Shown: positions 38,731-49,317 of the stretch, piece after piece | How positions within the stretch are numbered: the stretch's first letter is position 1 | How the letters are laid out: every line of letters begins with the position of its first letter | Assembly (NCBI GenBank): GCA_963722655.1 | Contig: CAVRNT010000002.1 | Location: 206,287 to 270,286, forward strand | DNA: 64,000 nucleotides | Direction of reading: 5' to 3' | Source of the DNA: an uncultured bacterium | GTDB taxonomy: Bacteria > Patescibacteriota > Minisyncoccia > UBA6257 > GWB1-50-10 | The notes under the pieces: model-generated | Told to the model about the DNA's origin: nothing | What the model saw: the letters and a program-made list of their open reading frames with translations, nothing else | Database searches by the model: none | Made by a program: the position numbers and the translations under genes

Positions 38731-41241
38731 TTATACAACCCTATGCTTTCGCTTTTCGCGGATGGAGAGATAGGCCAAACCGACTACACCGACGAGGCCG
38801 AGGATGGAAAGCCAAAGACCGACCTTCGTATCGGAGCCGGGGACGTAAGCGAGATCGGTCGGGCCGCTCGCGAAGACGAGTATCTGGCCGGGCGTCACGG
38901 GATAGACGTTATCGCAACCCCTGGCGCACTGCCAGTACGGGAAATAGCTGAGGTCCACGATCACGGGGCCGCTGCCGGCGAAAGATATGTCCTCGCCGGA
39001 GAAGGCGGAGACGGCCGGGACGGTTGAGGCGTACCTGTTTAGAGAGGCGAACTTCTGGATAAAGGCCGAGAGGGCGTTCAAACCGGGGACGTTCGGCTGG
39101 CTCATATTCACCGAATCGTATTGGACCAGGGCGACCGGCTGGAAACCGTCGATCTCCCGGACGTTCTCCGCCGGGTCGTCCAAACCGAGGGACGAGCTGG
39201 CTTCGTTAAGGAAGATAGTGGGCTTGCCGAGAGAAAGGATTTTGCTCACCAGATTCGCGCTGGGAGCGCCGTTCGATTCGACGGCAATGAAGCTGAACCG
39301 GTCGGCCACACTTTGGGTGAGGTCGCCAGGGCCCTTCGTCCAATCGGCCACGGGATAGTTCAGAAGTTCCGGCACCGAGTACCAACCGAGGGCGAATTCC
39401 CGGAAATCCAAACCGCCGGAACTCACGAAGAGCCCGGGCACATGGCCCGCCCCGTAGACCAAGGGCTTGGCGCCGCTCAAGTGGTAGAGCTTGAACTGGC
39501 CTTCGTCCTTCACGAGTGTCGCCTCGCTTATCTTTTTCGCCTGAGCATCGAAGTAACTAGAACCGGTCACTAAATAGTTGATGCCAAAGAGTTGCAGCCG
39601 CTTCACCATACTTTCCAGGTTCTGGCCTTGGAAGTATTGGTTGAAGGTCAGGTCCCGCACTCTCCCCCAAAGCATACCATCGCCGGTCACGAGATTGGTC
39701 GTCGGGAAGATGAAGGGCAGCTGCCAGGCCGATTCGGCGTACAAACCGAAGAGCGAGGACTGGTCGTTCGCGAGCGGCAAGGCGACGCTCAGGAAATGGA
39801 TCGAGCTCAAACCGTCCATCATCGATCCCGGCGACATGTCGGGCATTATCCTCACCGGAGCTTCGGGCAGAGAAGGAGACTTCAAATCGGAGATCACCTG
39901 GTTGGCCAATCGGAACCCGGGGAACTCCGTCAGGCTCCAATGATAGTTGATATTGGCCAGCTGGCCGACCGGTATCACGTCATTGTTCGGAACGTTATTG
40001 TCGTCTCCCGACGTCATATTGAAGAGATAAACGTACTGCCCCAAGACGACGAGACAAACGAGGCCGGCCAAGACGGACCAAAAACGCCGGCGCGCCTTGA
40101 GATACGCGAAGACGGAAACCGCGCCGGATGCGGCGATGGCGAGAAAGATCAAGAGGTCGTAGCCGAGCAGCCGATAGTAGTGGAGAGTGAGTGACGGGAA
40201 GATGGAATTGAAATAATCCAGGCCGAAGGCGAAGAACAGGATGAAAAAGAGCGACGGGAAAAGATATTCCCTGCGCCTCACGAGCGAGACTAATCCGGCG
40301 ATGAAGAGATAAATCGCCAATATCCAGACGCAAGGGAAACCGACGAGGCCGCCGTGCCATAGATCCCCCAAATTGAACGGGGCGAAAACGTTCAGTGGAC
40401 TGGTGAGGAAGGTCTTGGCGTCAATCCGCTCAGCGGAGGTGAATCCCAAATTCGAAACGAACGGCACGAGCCAAAAAGCGCTCAAAAAGAACCCCAAGAC
40501 CACGACCGCCGCCAGATTATGGAATAACTTATTCTTGAACCAACGCTTTACGTAAAAGAGCGCGATGACCGCCGTGAGGACACCGGCCATCATGCTCGTG
40601 AGCGTATGGCTCAAAAAGACCAGGGCCAGGGAGACGCCGCCCCAGATCACCCACCGCCAGTTCCAGCCATCCGAATCGATTAATTTCTTGAGCGCAACGA
40701 GATAGAAAAGCATAAAATCAACGGCGAGCATTTGGTCGAAAAGCCCGGCCACCACCGCGCTTTCCGCCCCAAAACCGAGGAAGTTCATGAACGGCGGATA
40801 GAAAACCAAAAGCAAACTAAGCAGAAGGGAAAAGTTGGCCGCTTTTTTGCCAAGATAGCTTTTGACGAAAAAATAGAAAGGCAGCGGAAAAACGGCGAAG
40901 GTCAAAAAAACGTACCACCGGAAGACCAGGAACTGCGAAATGAAGTGGCTAAGGGCGGCGTAAACGCCGCTCATAAAAATGAACCCAATGGGAGCGTAGA
41001 ACTGAAAGAGCGGCATACCGCCGAACCAATAAACGCTGTAATGCCAAAAATGGCCGGACGAGAGCGCCTGATAGAATTCGTGGAAGGCCCAAAAATGACC
41101 GATGGTGTCGTTGCCCGGCAGGACCTCGGGGATCGTCAAAAGCCCCCAAAATTTCAAACCCAAAATGGCCGCGTAGGCGGCCACAAAAATGGCGATTAAA
41201 AGCTTGTCTTTATGTTTACCGATGAAAGCGGAGCCTATCAA
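38731..41241 (-). CDS. Large polytopic membrane protein (836 aa; YfhO-like or glycosyltransferase-like)
   Basis: About 14 predicted TM helices in the N-terminal 480 aa, then a ~350-aa extracytoplasmic beta-rich domain. No catalytic motif recognised. Confidence 0.4.
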   Translation of the reverse strand: MIGSAFIGKHKDKLLIAIFVAAYAAILGLKFWGLLTIPEVLPGNDTIGHFWAFHEFYQALSSGHFWHYSVYWFGGMPLFQFYAPIGFIFMSGVYAALSHFISQFLVFRWYVFLTFAVFPLPFYFFVKSYLGKKAANFSLLLSLLLVFYPPFMNFLGFGAESAVVAGLFDQMLAVDFMLFYLVALKKLIDSDGWNWRWVIWGGVSLALVFLSHTLTSMMAGVLTAVIALFYVKRWFKNKLFHNLAAVVVLGFFLSAFWLVPFVSNLGFTSAERIDAKTFLTSPLNVFAPFNLGDLWHGGLVGFPCVWILAIYLFIAGLVSLVRRREYLFPSLFFILFFAFGLDYFNSIFPSLTLHYYRLLGYDLLIFLAIAASGAVSVFAYLKARRRFWSVLAGLVCLVVLGQYVYLFNMTSGDDNNVPNNDVIPVGQLANINYHWSLTEFPGFRLANQVISDLKSPSLPEAPVRIMPDMSPGSMMDGLSSIHFLSVALPLANDQSSLFGLYAESAWQLPFIFPTTNLVTGDGMLWGRVRDLTFNQYFQGQNLESMVKRLQLFGINYLVTGSSYFDAQAKKISEATLVKDEGQFKLYHLSGAKPLVYGAGHVPGLFVSSGGLDFREFALGWYSVPELLNYPVADWTKGPGDLTQSVADRFSFIAVESNGAPSANLVSKILSLGKPTIFLNEASSSLGLDDPAENVREIDGFQPVALVQYDSVNMSQPNVPGLNALSAFIQKFASLNRYASTVPAVSAFSGEDISFAGSGPVIVDLSYFPYWQCARGCDNVYPVTPGQILVFASGPTDLAYVPGSDTKVGLWLSILGLVGVVGLAYLSIREKRKHRVV

Positions 41242-41262
41242 AAGATATTACCGGATTAACGA

Positions 41263-42765
41263 CTACCTGCAAACCACTGCCGAGCTTCCCGTCCACCGGT
41301 AAGGGCCATAACCCCCTGGCGCGCAGCTATAACCGACACCCGAGGCGACGAAGACGCTGCCGGAGTAGCTCGCGATAGACCCGCAACTACCACTCGAATC
41401 AACGCCGACGCCGGCCGTACCAAAACAAGCGATTTGAACAATAGTTCCAGTATAACCGGTCGAAGTGTATGGGAAACCCGTTCCGGGACCGGCGAAACCG
41501 TGATCCACGGCGCCACTGCAGTCAAAGTCAGTGTTCACGCCCCACCACGCGGCTTCGCCGGGATATATGCTCGCGTTGCTATCATTGCAGTCATTTGTTC
41601 CAAGGATGGCGCTTGCCTGGATCTGGGTGCCATTGCCGCTAGCGTCTTTATACCAAGGGGCGGTGGTCACGTCCCCGACGCACGCGTTCGCCGCCGGCCC
41701 AGTCGAGTACCTATCATGGTCGGTATCGGTCGCGACGCTCACCGTCTGGTATATATTGGCGTTGCTGTCATTGCAGTCGAAGCTCGATCCGTGAGCGTAA
41801 GCGGAAATTCGAATATAAGGACTGGACAGGGATGGAGACGCATCGGCGGTTTTACTGCTCGTCGCGTAACCATCGCCATCGTTATCCTGATAATACAAGT
41901 ACTCTCGCGTGTTCAAGGTGCCGCCATTAAAAGTTATTGAACCGCCATTGATATTGACACCGTATCCAGGGTTCACGATGTATAATCCACCTGAGTTCAA
42001 CGTAAGGTTATAGGAAGCTAAATTTGTGCTCGTCGCATCGGTCCCGTCAGTGGCAGATGTTAAACTGCACGGTCCAGTGAGAGAGCCATTCGCGCTCATA
42101 CTGCAAGGGTCAGACCAAGCGATAACGAGCTTTGCCGCCCGGCCCTCTGAATCCATCGCATAGAACGTCGTGTGATAAGTAATGGTCTGGGTATTATGAA
42201 CGACCCAGAAACCGTCGTAAGAAGAGTCCACCGCCTGCTCGGCGTTCGCTTTCTGGAAAAGAGATTGGATAAGTGCAACGACAGCGGGCGTTTTATTGCT
42301 CCCATCGTTTATCACGAGTTTGCCATCGTCACCGACTAGGTATTTCTGGTTTTGAATGGTGTTATAAGAAACGGTGGATGAGGCGCCGAACGCGAGCGGG
42401 ATGCTGTCTATGCCTTTATCGTTTTCAACTTCCGCCCAAACCTTCGTGAGCGGGACGTTGTCCCGGACGACGATCTGCATCTTCTGGGTGTCGCCGATAC
42501 TAACTTTTGTCGGGTCGATGGAGCCGAGGACGAAACGGGGGTAGGTCTCCTTAGAAGAGACCGTGAAGTTGGAGGCACCAGTCGGAATAGCCCAGGGCTG
42601 GCCCTTGGAATTCGTGTAGTAGGCGAAACTGACGGAGGCAAGCGGCGAACTCGGCCCGGACGACTTTTGGGCAAGGAAGATCCTTGCTCCAATCCCCCAT
42701 GCGACGGCGATGACCGCAATAGCGATCAAAACGACGTACCATTTGCGCATTTTCATTACTTTCAT
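41263..42765 (-). CDS. Secreted or anchored Cys-rich protein with Gly/Ser/Thr/Asp-rich C-terminal repeats
   Basis: N-terminal TM/signal anchor VLIAIAVIAVAWG. C-terminal DCNDSNANIY / DCNDSNASIY repeats with paired Cys. Confidence 0.4.
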   Translation of the reverse strand: MKVMKMRKWYVVLIAIAVIAVAWGIGARIFLAQKSSGPSSPLASVSFAYYTNSKGQPWAIPTGASNFTVSSKETYPRFVLGSIDPTKVSIGDTQKMQIVVRDNVPLTKVWAEVENDKGIDSIPLAFGASSTVSYNTIQNQKYLVGDDGKLVINDGSNKTPAVVALIQSLFQKANAEQAVDSSYDGFWVVHNTQTITYHTTFYAMDSEGRAAKLVIAWSDPCSMSANGSLTGPCSLTSATDGTDATSTNLASYNLTLNSGGLYIVNPGYGVNINGGSITFNGGTLNTREYLYYQDNDGDGYATSSKTADASPSLSSPYIRISAYAHGSSFDCNDSNANIYQTVSVATDTDHDRYSTGPAANACVGDVTTAPWYKDASGNGTQIQASAILGTNDCNDSNASIYPGEAAWWGVNTDFDCSGAVDHGFAGPGTGFPYTSTGYTGTIVQIACFGTAGVGVDSSGSCGSIASYSGSVFVASGVGYSCAPGGYGPYRWTGSSAVVCR

Positions 42766-42882
42766 TATACCAAACGGCCTTTTCGGAAGAGCTTGAAATT
42801 TTCATAAGTGTATGGTATAATACGGTCAGATTCATTTAACAAACATCAACTAAAACTAAAACAAAAGGAAGGAGGTGGCGTC

Positions 42883-44337
42883 ATGAAAAACGCCATCATC
42901 ACATTGGCAATATTCTTGCTGATGGCGACTGATGCCGCCGTTAGTCAGGATAAAGTTTCCGTCACAGTCAACACGAGAATTACCTTCGATTTCGGCCAGG
43001 CTTTGGACCAGCCGCGGTTGGTGGCCACCAACGGAAAAGACATTTTCGTCAGCGGGAACGTAGGCACTCTAACCAGTTACTATGCCGCGATGGCGAAATT
43101 CGATGCTAATGGTAAGAAGCTTTGGCAGGCGTCGGGCGATACACTCTGCGCACCGAGCTCATCGTACACGGGCATTGTCGCAACAGCCGATGGCGGCACC
43201 ATCTGGGTAATCAATAACTTCACTCAAGAGGGCTTCAACGGCATCATTAAGTTGGACAGCAATGGCCGTGAGCAGTGGCGATTCTCTTGTCCTTCTGCAT
43301 CGGTCCAAGCCAAGGGCGACACCACTTTCGTGGTGTGCCCGAACGTGACGAGCGGATTGTTCTACGCTCTGGACGGCAAAGGGAAATTGCTTAAAAGCGA
43401 TTCACTGGCGTTCGCCGTAGTTCAACCGACTTTCACCGTTACTGGCGACTACGTGCATTTGATCTCCAAGGATTGGAATCGCGGCGTCTATGCCAACATG
43501 TCCGGTTATGTCGCGAAGGTAAATTGGAAAACCGGCCAGAAAATTTGGTCCACAGAGTTCCCAGATATCGACGCGCTATACGGTACCTCGGATGATTCTG
43601 GCAACACCTACATTGCCGCCAGTACGACCACCGCTGGTTATGGCGGCTATCCAGTGATTTTGAGCTACTTGATGGCCGGAATCGACTCGAACGGCAGCGT
43701 TACCTGGAAAAAGATCTGGGCACCTCGAAAATCGGTCATGGCCAATGAGGAGAACTGGGCGGAGAACATCGTCCTCGGCCAGGATCAGGTGATTTTGGTT
43801 GGCACTATCCAGAGAGGTGAAGGTCAGAACGACGGGTACTACAACTACTATGCCTTCGGCAGAAAGACGACGAACGGCGATTCGTTGTGGAACCTGGATG
43901 CGTCCTTCGATAGCGGAACGATAGTCGACCAGCTCGGTGGTGGAGTTTTCGTGGGCGACGAATTGCTGCTCATGGGATACAGCCACTCGAACTTCTATGG
44001 CAACCCGCCCAATGTTGGATACTTAACGTCTTACAGCATCATTACGCCGGTAGTTGAGCCAAAACTATTGCCGAAAGATTTCTTCCTCTCCCAGAACTAT
44101 CCGAACCCGTTCAATCCCGCGACGAGTATAAAGTATCAGGTAGCAAGTAGGCAGTATATTACGCTTATGGTCTACAACATACTTGGCCAGAAAGTCGCGA
44201 CCTTGGTTGATGGATACCAGTCACTCGGTGAACATCAAGTCACCTTCGACAGCTCAAAGCTTCCAAGCGGCACCTATTTCTATAGGTTGCAGGCGGGAAG
44301 CTTCAGCGAAACGAAGAAGATGATGCTGATGAAGTAG
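42883..44337 (+). CDS. Secreted PQQ-like beta-propeller protein with a T9SS-type C-terminal sorting domain (Por_Secre_tail-like)
   Basis: Strong SD (aaggaaggaggtggcgtcATG). Signal peptide. Repeated G.K.W motifs. C-terminus FFLSQNYPNPFNPATSIKYQVASRQYITLMVYNILGQKVATLVDGYQSLGEHQVTFDSSKLPSGTYFYRLQAGSFSETKKMMLMK matches the T9SS CTD consensus closely. Confidence 0.7.
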   Translation: MKNAIITLAIFLLMATDAAVSQDKVSVTVNTRITFDFGQALDQPRLVATNGKDIFVSGNVGTLTSYYAAMAKFDANGKKLWQASGDTLCAPSSSYTGIVATADGGTIWVINNFTQEGFNGIIKLDSNGREQWRFSCPSASVQAKGDTTFVVCPNVTSGLFYALDGKGKLLKSDSLAFAVVQPTFTVTGDYVHLISKDWNRGVYANMSGYVAKVNWKTGQKIWSTEFPDIDALYGTSDDSGNTYIAASTTTAGYGGYPVILSYLMAGIDSNGSVTWKKIWAPRKSVMANEENWAENIVLGQDQVILVGTIQRGEGQNDGYYNYYAFGRKTTNGDSLWNLDASFDSGTIVDQLGGGVFVGDELLLMGYSHSNFYGNPPNVGYLTSYSIITPVVEPKLLPKDFFLSQNYPNPFNPATSIKYQVASRQYITLMVYNILGQKVATLVDGYQSLGEHQVTFDSSKLPSGTYFYRLQAGSFSETKKMMLMK

Positions 44338-44350
44338 TCATTGATAATCA

Positions 44351-44386
44351 AAAAGCCCGTTATCTCGCGAGAGATACGGGTTTTTT
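44351..44386. terminator. Bidirectional intrinsic terminator between convergent genes
   Basis: AAAAAGCCCGTTATCTCGCGAGAGATACGGGTTTTTT: a GC hairpin with an A-run on the 5' side and a U-run on the 3' side, so it works on both strands. Confidence 0.6.
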
Positions 44387-44411
44387 ATTTCAAGATTTAA
44401 ATGTTTAAGAC

Positions 44412-47192
44412 CTATTTAAACAACTGGTCCAAATTGAAACCGGTATCTGAAGCATTGGATGTATTTGGCCAATTTGCGGAGTCAAAGCGCGGCGCGGAGA
44501 GGCGGTAACTAACTTCCAAGTTTGTAGTGGGTAGTGGGTAGTTGGTAGACGGCTCCGCGTAGATCGTGATGGTCATATCCTTGGAGTCCTTTTCGTACCA
44601 GACCTGGCCGTCGAAGGACGGGGTAAGGAGAATTGCCACGCCGTCCAATCCCCTCTGCGCCAAATTGGTCGCCTGGGCCCAAAGCCACAGATCCGAACCT
44701 TTTTGTGCGTTCCTTACATTTAAAACATATTTGCCGTTACTTATTTGGACATTGCCGGTGGTTTCCGCATTCACACCGGTCATTTCGGGGAGGTAGGTGG
44801 CATAATGGACGCCGCCGATAGTATAAACCGGGTCCACCGTGCTAACGTTCAGCTTGCCACCGTTTACTGTCAGATTTCCGCTTAGAGTACCGTTGCCGCT
44901 CGCATCAAGTACCAGACCGGATGTTGCCGCGGAACCTGGAGTCGTGTTGCCAGTAAGAAGATATAAGCTCCCATACGACTCCACACGAGAAGTACCGGAG
45001 CGGATGTAGATTCCACCGTTACCGCCATTATCCGATAAAAATTCGTAGCGAGGGTTCGGGGTCGACCCGGGATCAATGATGGTGAGAAGCGGATTCCCTC
45101 CAGATGCGCCTCCATAAATAGTGAACTGGCTCGTCGAGTAGGATGTCACCGTCCCGATACTGACAGTCCCACTTGAACTGACGTACAGACCAGTTCCCGC
45201 AGCCGACCCCCGCAACTGAGCCGTGCCGTTGACGTCCAATAATGATCCTGGAGTCGACGTTGCAATACCGACGTTGCCGCCTTTCAATATTGATATACTC
45301 GGCGGAGTTCGGTCACCCGTAAAAATATCAACGCCAGCATATCCAGATACATATACACCGGCGTCACTCTGATTGATCGGCGTGTGAAAGCCCATCCCAT
45401 AAGCATATAAGTACAAACCGTTGTAGGAAAAATCAGTTGCCGTTTGCCCCGTTAAGGATATGCCTGACGTGTTCGTGGTACCAAGGGCTAAGGGCACACT
45501 GATATTTGCTCCGGTGGTGAGATTCGCAAACGTCGGACTATCGGTCGTCCTGACATTCTGATCCATCGCGTAAAGATCATTCGCGCCCTGACCAGTATTG
45601 AGGGTTGTAGCGGTTAAAGCACCGGTGAAATAGCCGTTCCCGGCGGTTTGAGCGGTCGTGGTGCCGACGGCTAAACCTCCGCCGCCGTACACCGCCACCG
45701 GCTGGGCTTCTAATACCATCCTGGTGTCCCCTCCGTTGTAACTTTGAATATGGCCAGCATTGAAATTTGACGACCAACCAACGCGAATCCATCCGCCGCT
45801 TGCCGGATAATTTGCGACGCCTTGACTGGCCGCCACAACCAAAGGACCGCTTATCGCGCCGGCAGCGTAGAGGTCGGGCGGGGTGGAATTTGACCAACTC
45901 ATACCTCCGGTGGGATCCGTCGTCCCGATGCCGACGTTCCAGGAGGTGCTGGAGGGATATAGGTTGGAACCGCTCTGGAGCCAGTAGAAGGGCGAGACCG
46001 AAGAGATGGCAGAATTGAGGTAACTTAGGTTCACCGCATCGCCGTTCGCCGATGGAGTTGCGACGTTGATAATGCGGCCATTGTTCACGTCGATCGCCGG
46101 ATTGCCCCCGGCAACGACGAGTTGGGCGGTCGCGACCGTCGTCGTCGCGATGCCGACGTGGCCCGTCTGGGCGATCATGAACTCCGGAGTGTAGGTCAAG
46201 GTGCAGTTGTTAAAATACGAACTCTGGCTGATGACGAAGTTCGAGGAGAGCGCCGTGTTGCCGCAGTTATACTCCGCGCCCACATTCCAGATCGTTGACG
46301 TGCCACTCATCACCTGGAATAAAGCGTAATCCTCATTAGCGCCGCTCCGAGCGACGCGGATGTAGCCGGTGGTACGAGCGGTCGTTGACGAATAATTGGA
46401 GTCGCCGACGAAGAGGACTGGATTACCCCCGCTCACCTGAAATTTTGCCGTCGGCGTCGTCGTCCCGATGCCCACGTTCCAGGAAGTGCCTGAAGCATAG
46501 AGATTGGAGCCGCTAATGACCCAATAGTAGGGGGAAACGGAGGTGATGGCGGAGTTGAGGTAGCTTAGGTTGACCGCGTCGCCGTTCTGCGTCGGGGTAG
46601 CCACATTGATGATGCGGCCGCTCTGGGCGTCTATCGATGGGTTTCCTCCCGCGACGACGAGCTGGGCGGTGGTGGGGGTCGTAGTGCTGATGCCGATGTC
46701 GCCGGAGCTATTGATGTACAAATAGTTCGGTGAGCTCGCCCCATAAGGCCCGATTGAAAGCGGCTGCCAGCTGTTTGTAGTCGGTGTGGCACCGCTTTGA
46801 ATGTACGTTGTCCCGCCGCTTTCAGCCACCCGAAACGCGCCGCTCGCATTTGTCATCATGAAGTTCCCGCTTGTGATGGTTAACGCTTCCACCGGCGTCG
46901 TCGTCCCGATGCCCAGCCGGCCGCTCGTATCTAAGAACAATCCAGTGTTGTTACCGGTCGTGATCTGCAGTGTGCCGACCGTCGTGCCGCTCGCCGCCGT
47001 ATCGAAGGTGAAGGTGGTGCCTTTCCAATACATCTCGCCGCGGGAATAGGTGTCCGCGGAATCGTTCCCGACGGAGTAGTTCCGGTAGGTGCTGCTCGCG
47101 AAGACCTGCGTTACGCCGACGATCGCTACGCCCGCGGCCAGAATGCCCAAAGAAAGCAGAACGAATCTTGCTTTGTTTTTCATCCCATTCAT
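44412..47192 (-). CDS. Giant secreted repeat protein (926 aa) with tail-fibre-like GNVGIGTTTP repeats
   Basis: Signal/TM N-terminus. Recurring ...GIGTTTP(T/V)...L.V.GG...NGRIINVATPS/T.NGDAVNLSYLNSAI units. The C-terminal ~150 aa are homologous to the C-terminus of the 1315-aa protein. Confidence 0.6.
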   Translation of the reverse strand: MNGMKNKARFVLLSLGILAAGVAIVGVTQVFASSTYRNYSVGNDSADTYSRGEMYWKGTTFTFDTAASGTTVGTLQITTGNNTGLFLDTSGRLGIGTTTPVEALTITSGNFMMTNASGAFRVAESGGTTYIQSGATPTTNSWQPLSIGPYGASSPNYLYINSSGDIGISTTTPTTAQLVVAGGNPSIDAQSGRIINVATPTQNGDAVNLSYLNSAITSVSPYYWVISGSNLYASGTSWNVGIGTTTPTAKFQVSGGNPVLFVGDSNYSSTTARTTGYIRVARSGANEDYALFQVMSGTSTIWNVGAEYNCGNTALSSNFVISQSSYFNNCTLTYTPEFMIAQTGHVGIATTTVATAQLVVAGGNPAIDVNNGRIINVATPSANGDAVNLSYLNSAISSVSPFYWLQSGSNLYPSSTSWNVGIGTTDPTGGMSWSNSTPPDLYAAGAISGPLVVAASQGVANYPASGGWIRVGWSSNFNAGHIQSYNGGDTRMVLEAQPVAVYGGGGLAVGTTTAQTAGNGYFTGALTATTLNTGQGANDLYAMDQNVRTTDSPTFANLTTGANISVPLALGTTNTSGISLTGQTATDFSYNGLYLYAYGMGFHTPINQSDAGVYVSGYAGVDIFTGDRTPPSISILKGGNVGIATSTPGSLLDVNGTAQLRGSAAGTGLYVSSSGTVSIGTVTSYSTSQFTIYGGASGGNPLLTIIDPGSTPNPRYEFLSDNGGNGGIYIRSGTSRVESYGSLYLLTGNTTPGSAATSGLVLDASGNGTLSGNLTVNGGKLNVSTVDPVYTIGGVHYATYLPEMTGVNAETTGNVQISNGKYVLNVRNAQKGSDLWLWAQATNLAQRGLDGVAILLTPSFDGQVWYEKDSKDMTITIYAEPSTNYPLPTTNLEVSYRLSAPRFDSANWPNTSNASDTGFNLDQLFK

Positions 47193-47222
47193 TATATCAA
47201 AATCTGCGGAGTCATTCCCGCT

Positions 47223-48650
47223 TTAAGACGGCTGAATGTAATAATCCAGGCCAATGGAGCCCAAAAAAGGAGAATTAGCGGCGTTCCCGTCGGGCGTGAA
47301 CTCCGCCCGCCAGAGGAACTGGCGGCCGGTTTGGTCCGGAAACGTCATGGTCCCGCCGACACTTACGGGATACCAGTCGCGGCCATTATTGGAAAAGGAG
47401 AATTGGACCGTCCCACCACCACTCCCCAGGTCCAACCCGTAAATGTCGGCACTCCGTACCGTCCCGTTGTAATTGTTCAAATTGAGCGACTGGACAATGG
47501 CCGGATGGCTGACATCAAAACCATCGTCGGTGAACTGATAATAATGAACGGCACTGTCGCTATCGACTACTTTCGCGATCAATATTTGGGAAGTCGGACT
47601 TCCCGAGGAAGTACGACTTCCTACGAATATGGCCGATTGAGTACCTTTCGGGAAAATTCCCGACGAAAAGTCCACCGCACCCTGGACCTTTCCGGTGCCG
47701 TTATCAAAAAGTTTGAGGAGCTTAGGATTACCGGCGGTCTGGCTCGAGATGTACCAGGCACCCTGATGGATGACGGCCGGGGTGAAACCGCCGTTCATCA
47801 CGCGGATACCGAAGAAACGGGAGATGTCATTCACGACGCCGCCCGTGATCTCGGCCGCCCGGCCTTCGTAGGCACTGTAAATCGCGAGCCAATCGCCGTC
47901 GTCGCCGCCGAAATATATCTTCCCGGCATACGGCGAGTCCAAAACCCCTCCCCCGCCGATGACCTCGGTGAAATCCTTCCCGTCGAAATAAAAGACCCAC
48001 CCGGCGTAACCGCCGGAATTATTCGCGACCGCGCCCAAGACGAACTTCGTGTCCAAGGCCCCGACCGAGAGGTTTGCGATATCTTGGTCTTGGAGTGCGG
48101 ATGGGAGGGCGAGAGGCGCGCCTTTAAATTGGAGAAAATTGCCGACGACCGCCAGGCAATTACTCCCGATGCAGGCGGAATTGGAGTTCAACTCCCCTGG
48201 GGAGTTGAACTCCGAGGCCGCGGCTTCCGTCCATTCGTACTTCGGCGGCAGGACATAGGCCGTCACATTGTTGTCGCGATGCATCGTCGTCGCATCCGTA
48301 TTGATCCAGCCCTCGCCGGAAAAGGTGTCGGAAAAGCTCGCGTGGGTGAGACCGGCCTCCGCGGGGCCCGTCGCGGGCGCTTGGCCGGCCGAGGAGATGA
48401 TGTTCTGTATTCCCGGGCTCGCCGGCGCCCCGGAGGAAAGCTGGACGTTCCTCAAATCCTGAGCGAGGCGCGCGATTATCGACGAGGAGATAAACTGCTG
48501 GAGCGCCTCGGCCCCGAACCAGACGAGGGCGAAGAGGCCCAGGACACCGATGATCGTGATGAAGGTGACGCCCAATCCGGAAAGGGCGTTCTTGCCGAAC
48601 CGGAGCCTTTTCTTTCCCCAATTTTCTAAGAAGGTCTTTCGTCTAGGCAT
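47223..48650 (-). CDS. Membrane-anchored secreted hypothetical protein (475 aa), beta-rich
   Basis: N-terminal TM helix followed by a Gly/Ser/Asn-rich beta domain. No motif recognised. Confidence 0.4.
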   Translation of the reverse strand: MPRRKTFLENWGKKRLRFGKNALSGLGVTFITIIGVLGLFALVWFGAEALQQFISSSIIARLAQDLRNVQLSSGAPASPGIQNIISSAGQAPATGPAEAGLTHASFSDTFSGEGWINTDATTMHRDNNVTAYVLPPKYEWTEAAASEFNSPGELNSNSACIGSNCLAVVGNFLQFKGAPLALPSALQDQDIANLSVGALDTKFVLGAVANNSGGYAGWVFYFDGKDFTEVIGGGGVLDSPYAGKIYFGGDDGDWLAIYSAYEGRAAEITGGVVNDISRFFGIRVMNGGFTPAVIHQGAWYISSQTAGNPKLLKLFDNGTGKVQGAVDFSSGIFPKGTQSAIFVGSRTSSGSPTSQILIAKVVDSDSAVHYYQFTDDGFDVSHPAIVQSLNLNNYNGTVRSADIYGLDLGSGGGTVQFSFSNNGRDWYPVSVGGTMTFPDQTGRQFLWRAEFTPDGNAANSPFLGSIGLDYYIQPS

Positions 48651-48723
48651 CTTACGTTATTCATTATATATGAAAAATAAGAAAAGGCCGCGGAGATTAT
48701 CCGCGGTCTTCTTCGCATCAAAC

Positions 48724-49290
48724 TTATTGAACGGTCATCGTCCCGACCTCGCCCCGCGCCTGTTCACCGGGGATGTAGCTGTAGAACTGATAAATGCCCG
48801 GAGCGGGAGCGTTAAAGGTCATCGCCCGCGTCTCGCCCGGACCGACACCGATCACGACGGCCGAGAGCGACGGGTCGCTGAACATCAGACCGTGGGTGTA
48901 CTGGTCGCCGGAGGTCAGAGAAAGCACGACCGGCTGACCGGATTTGACCGTGAAGGAAGACGGGGTGTAGCTGCCCATCACCGCCGTGATCTTCACCGCC
49001 TCGGGCGGCAGCGTGTTCGGGGCGACCGGCTTGGATTCCTTCGGTGCGCTCGGGTTGTTCGGGGAAACGTTCAACTGGACCGGTGCGCCCGTTTCGGTGA
49101 GGACCTGGCCATTGTTCGAAACGGCGTTCGTCCCCGGCACGGCGACGACCCCTTGAGCGGTCGTCGTCCCGTTCAAACCGGGCTGAATGGCATACTTCTG
49201 ACCGAAGCCGCCCTTCACGGCAACGAAGATGATGATCGCGGCCACGACGACCCCGGCGATGATCCAACCAATGAGATTCTTCGTGTTCAT
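48724..49290 (-). CDS. Membrane-anchored small cupredoxin-like fold protein
   Basis: TM helix, Pro/Thr linker, then a ~100-aa domain (VKITAVMGSYTPSSFTVKSGQPVVLSLTSGDQYTHGLMF...GIYQFYSYIPGEQARGEVGTMTV). It is paralogous to 53267-53791. Confidence 0.35.
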   Translation of the reverse strand: MNTKNLIGWIIAGVVVAAIIIFVAVKGGFGQKYAIQPGLNGTTTAQGVVAVPGTNAVSNNGQVLTETGAPVQLNVSPNNPSAPKESKPVAPNTLPPEAVKITAVMGSYTPSSFTVKSGQPVVLSLTSGDQYTHGLMFSDPSLSAVVIGVGPGETRAMTFNAPAPGIYQFYSYIPGEQARGEVGTMTVQ

Positions 49291-49317
49291 AAGTTAATTA
49301 TAGCAAACGACCTTTTA

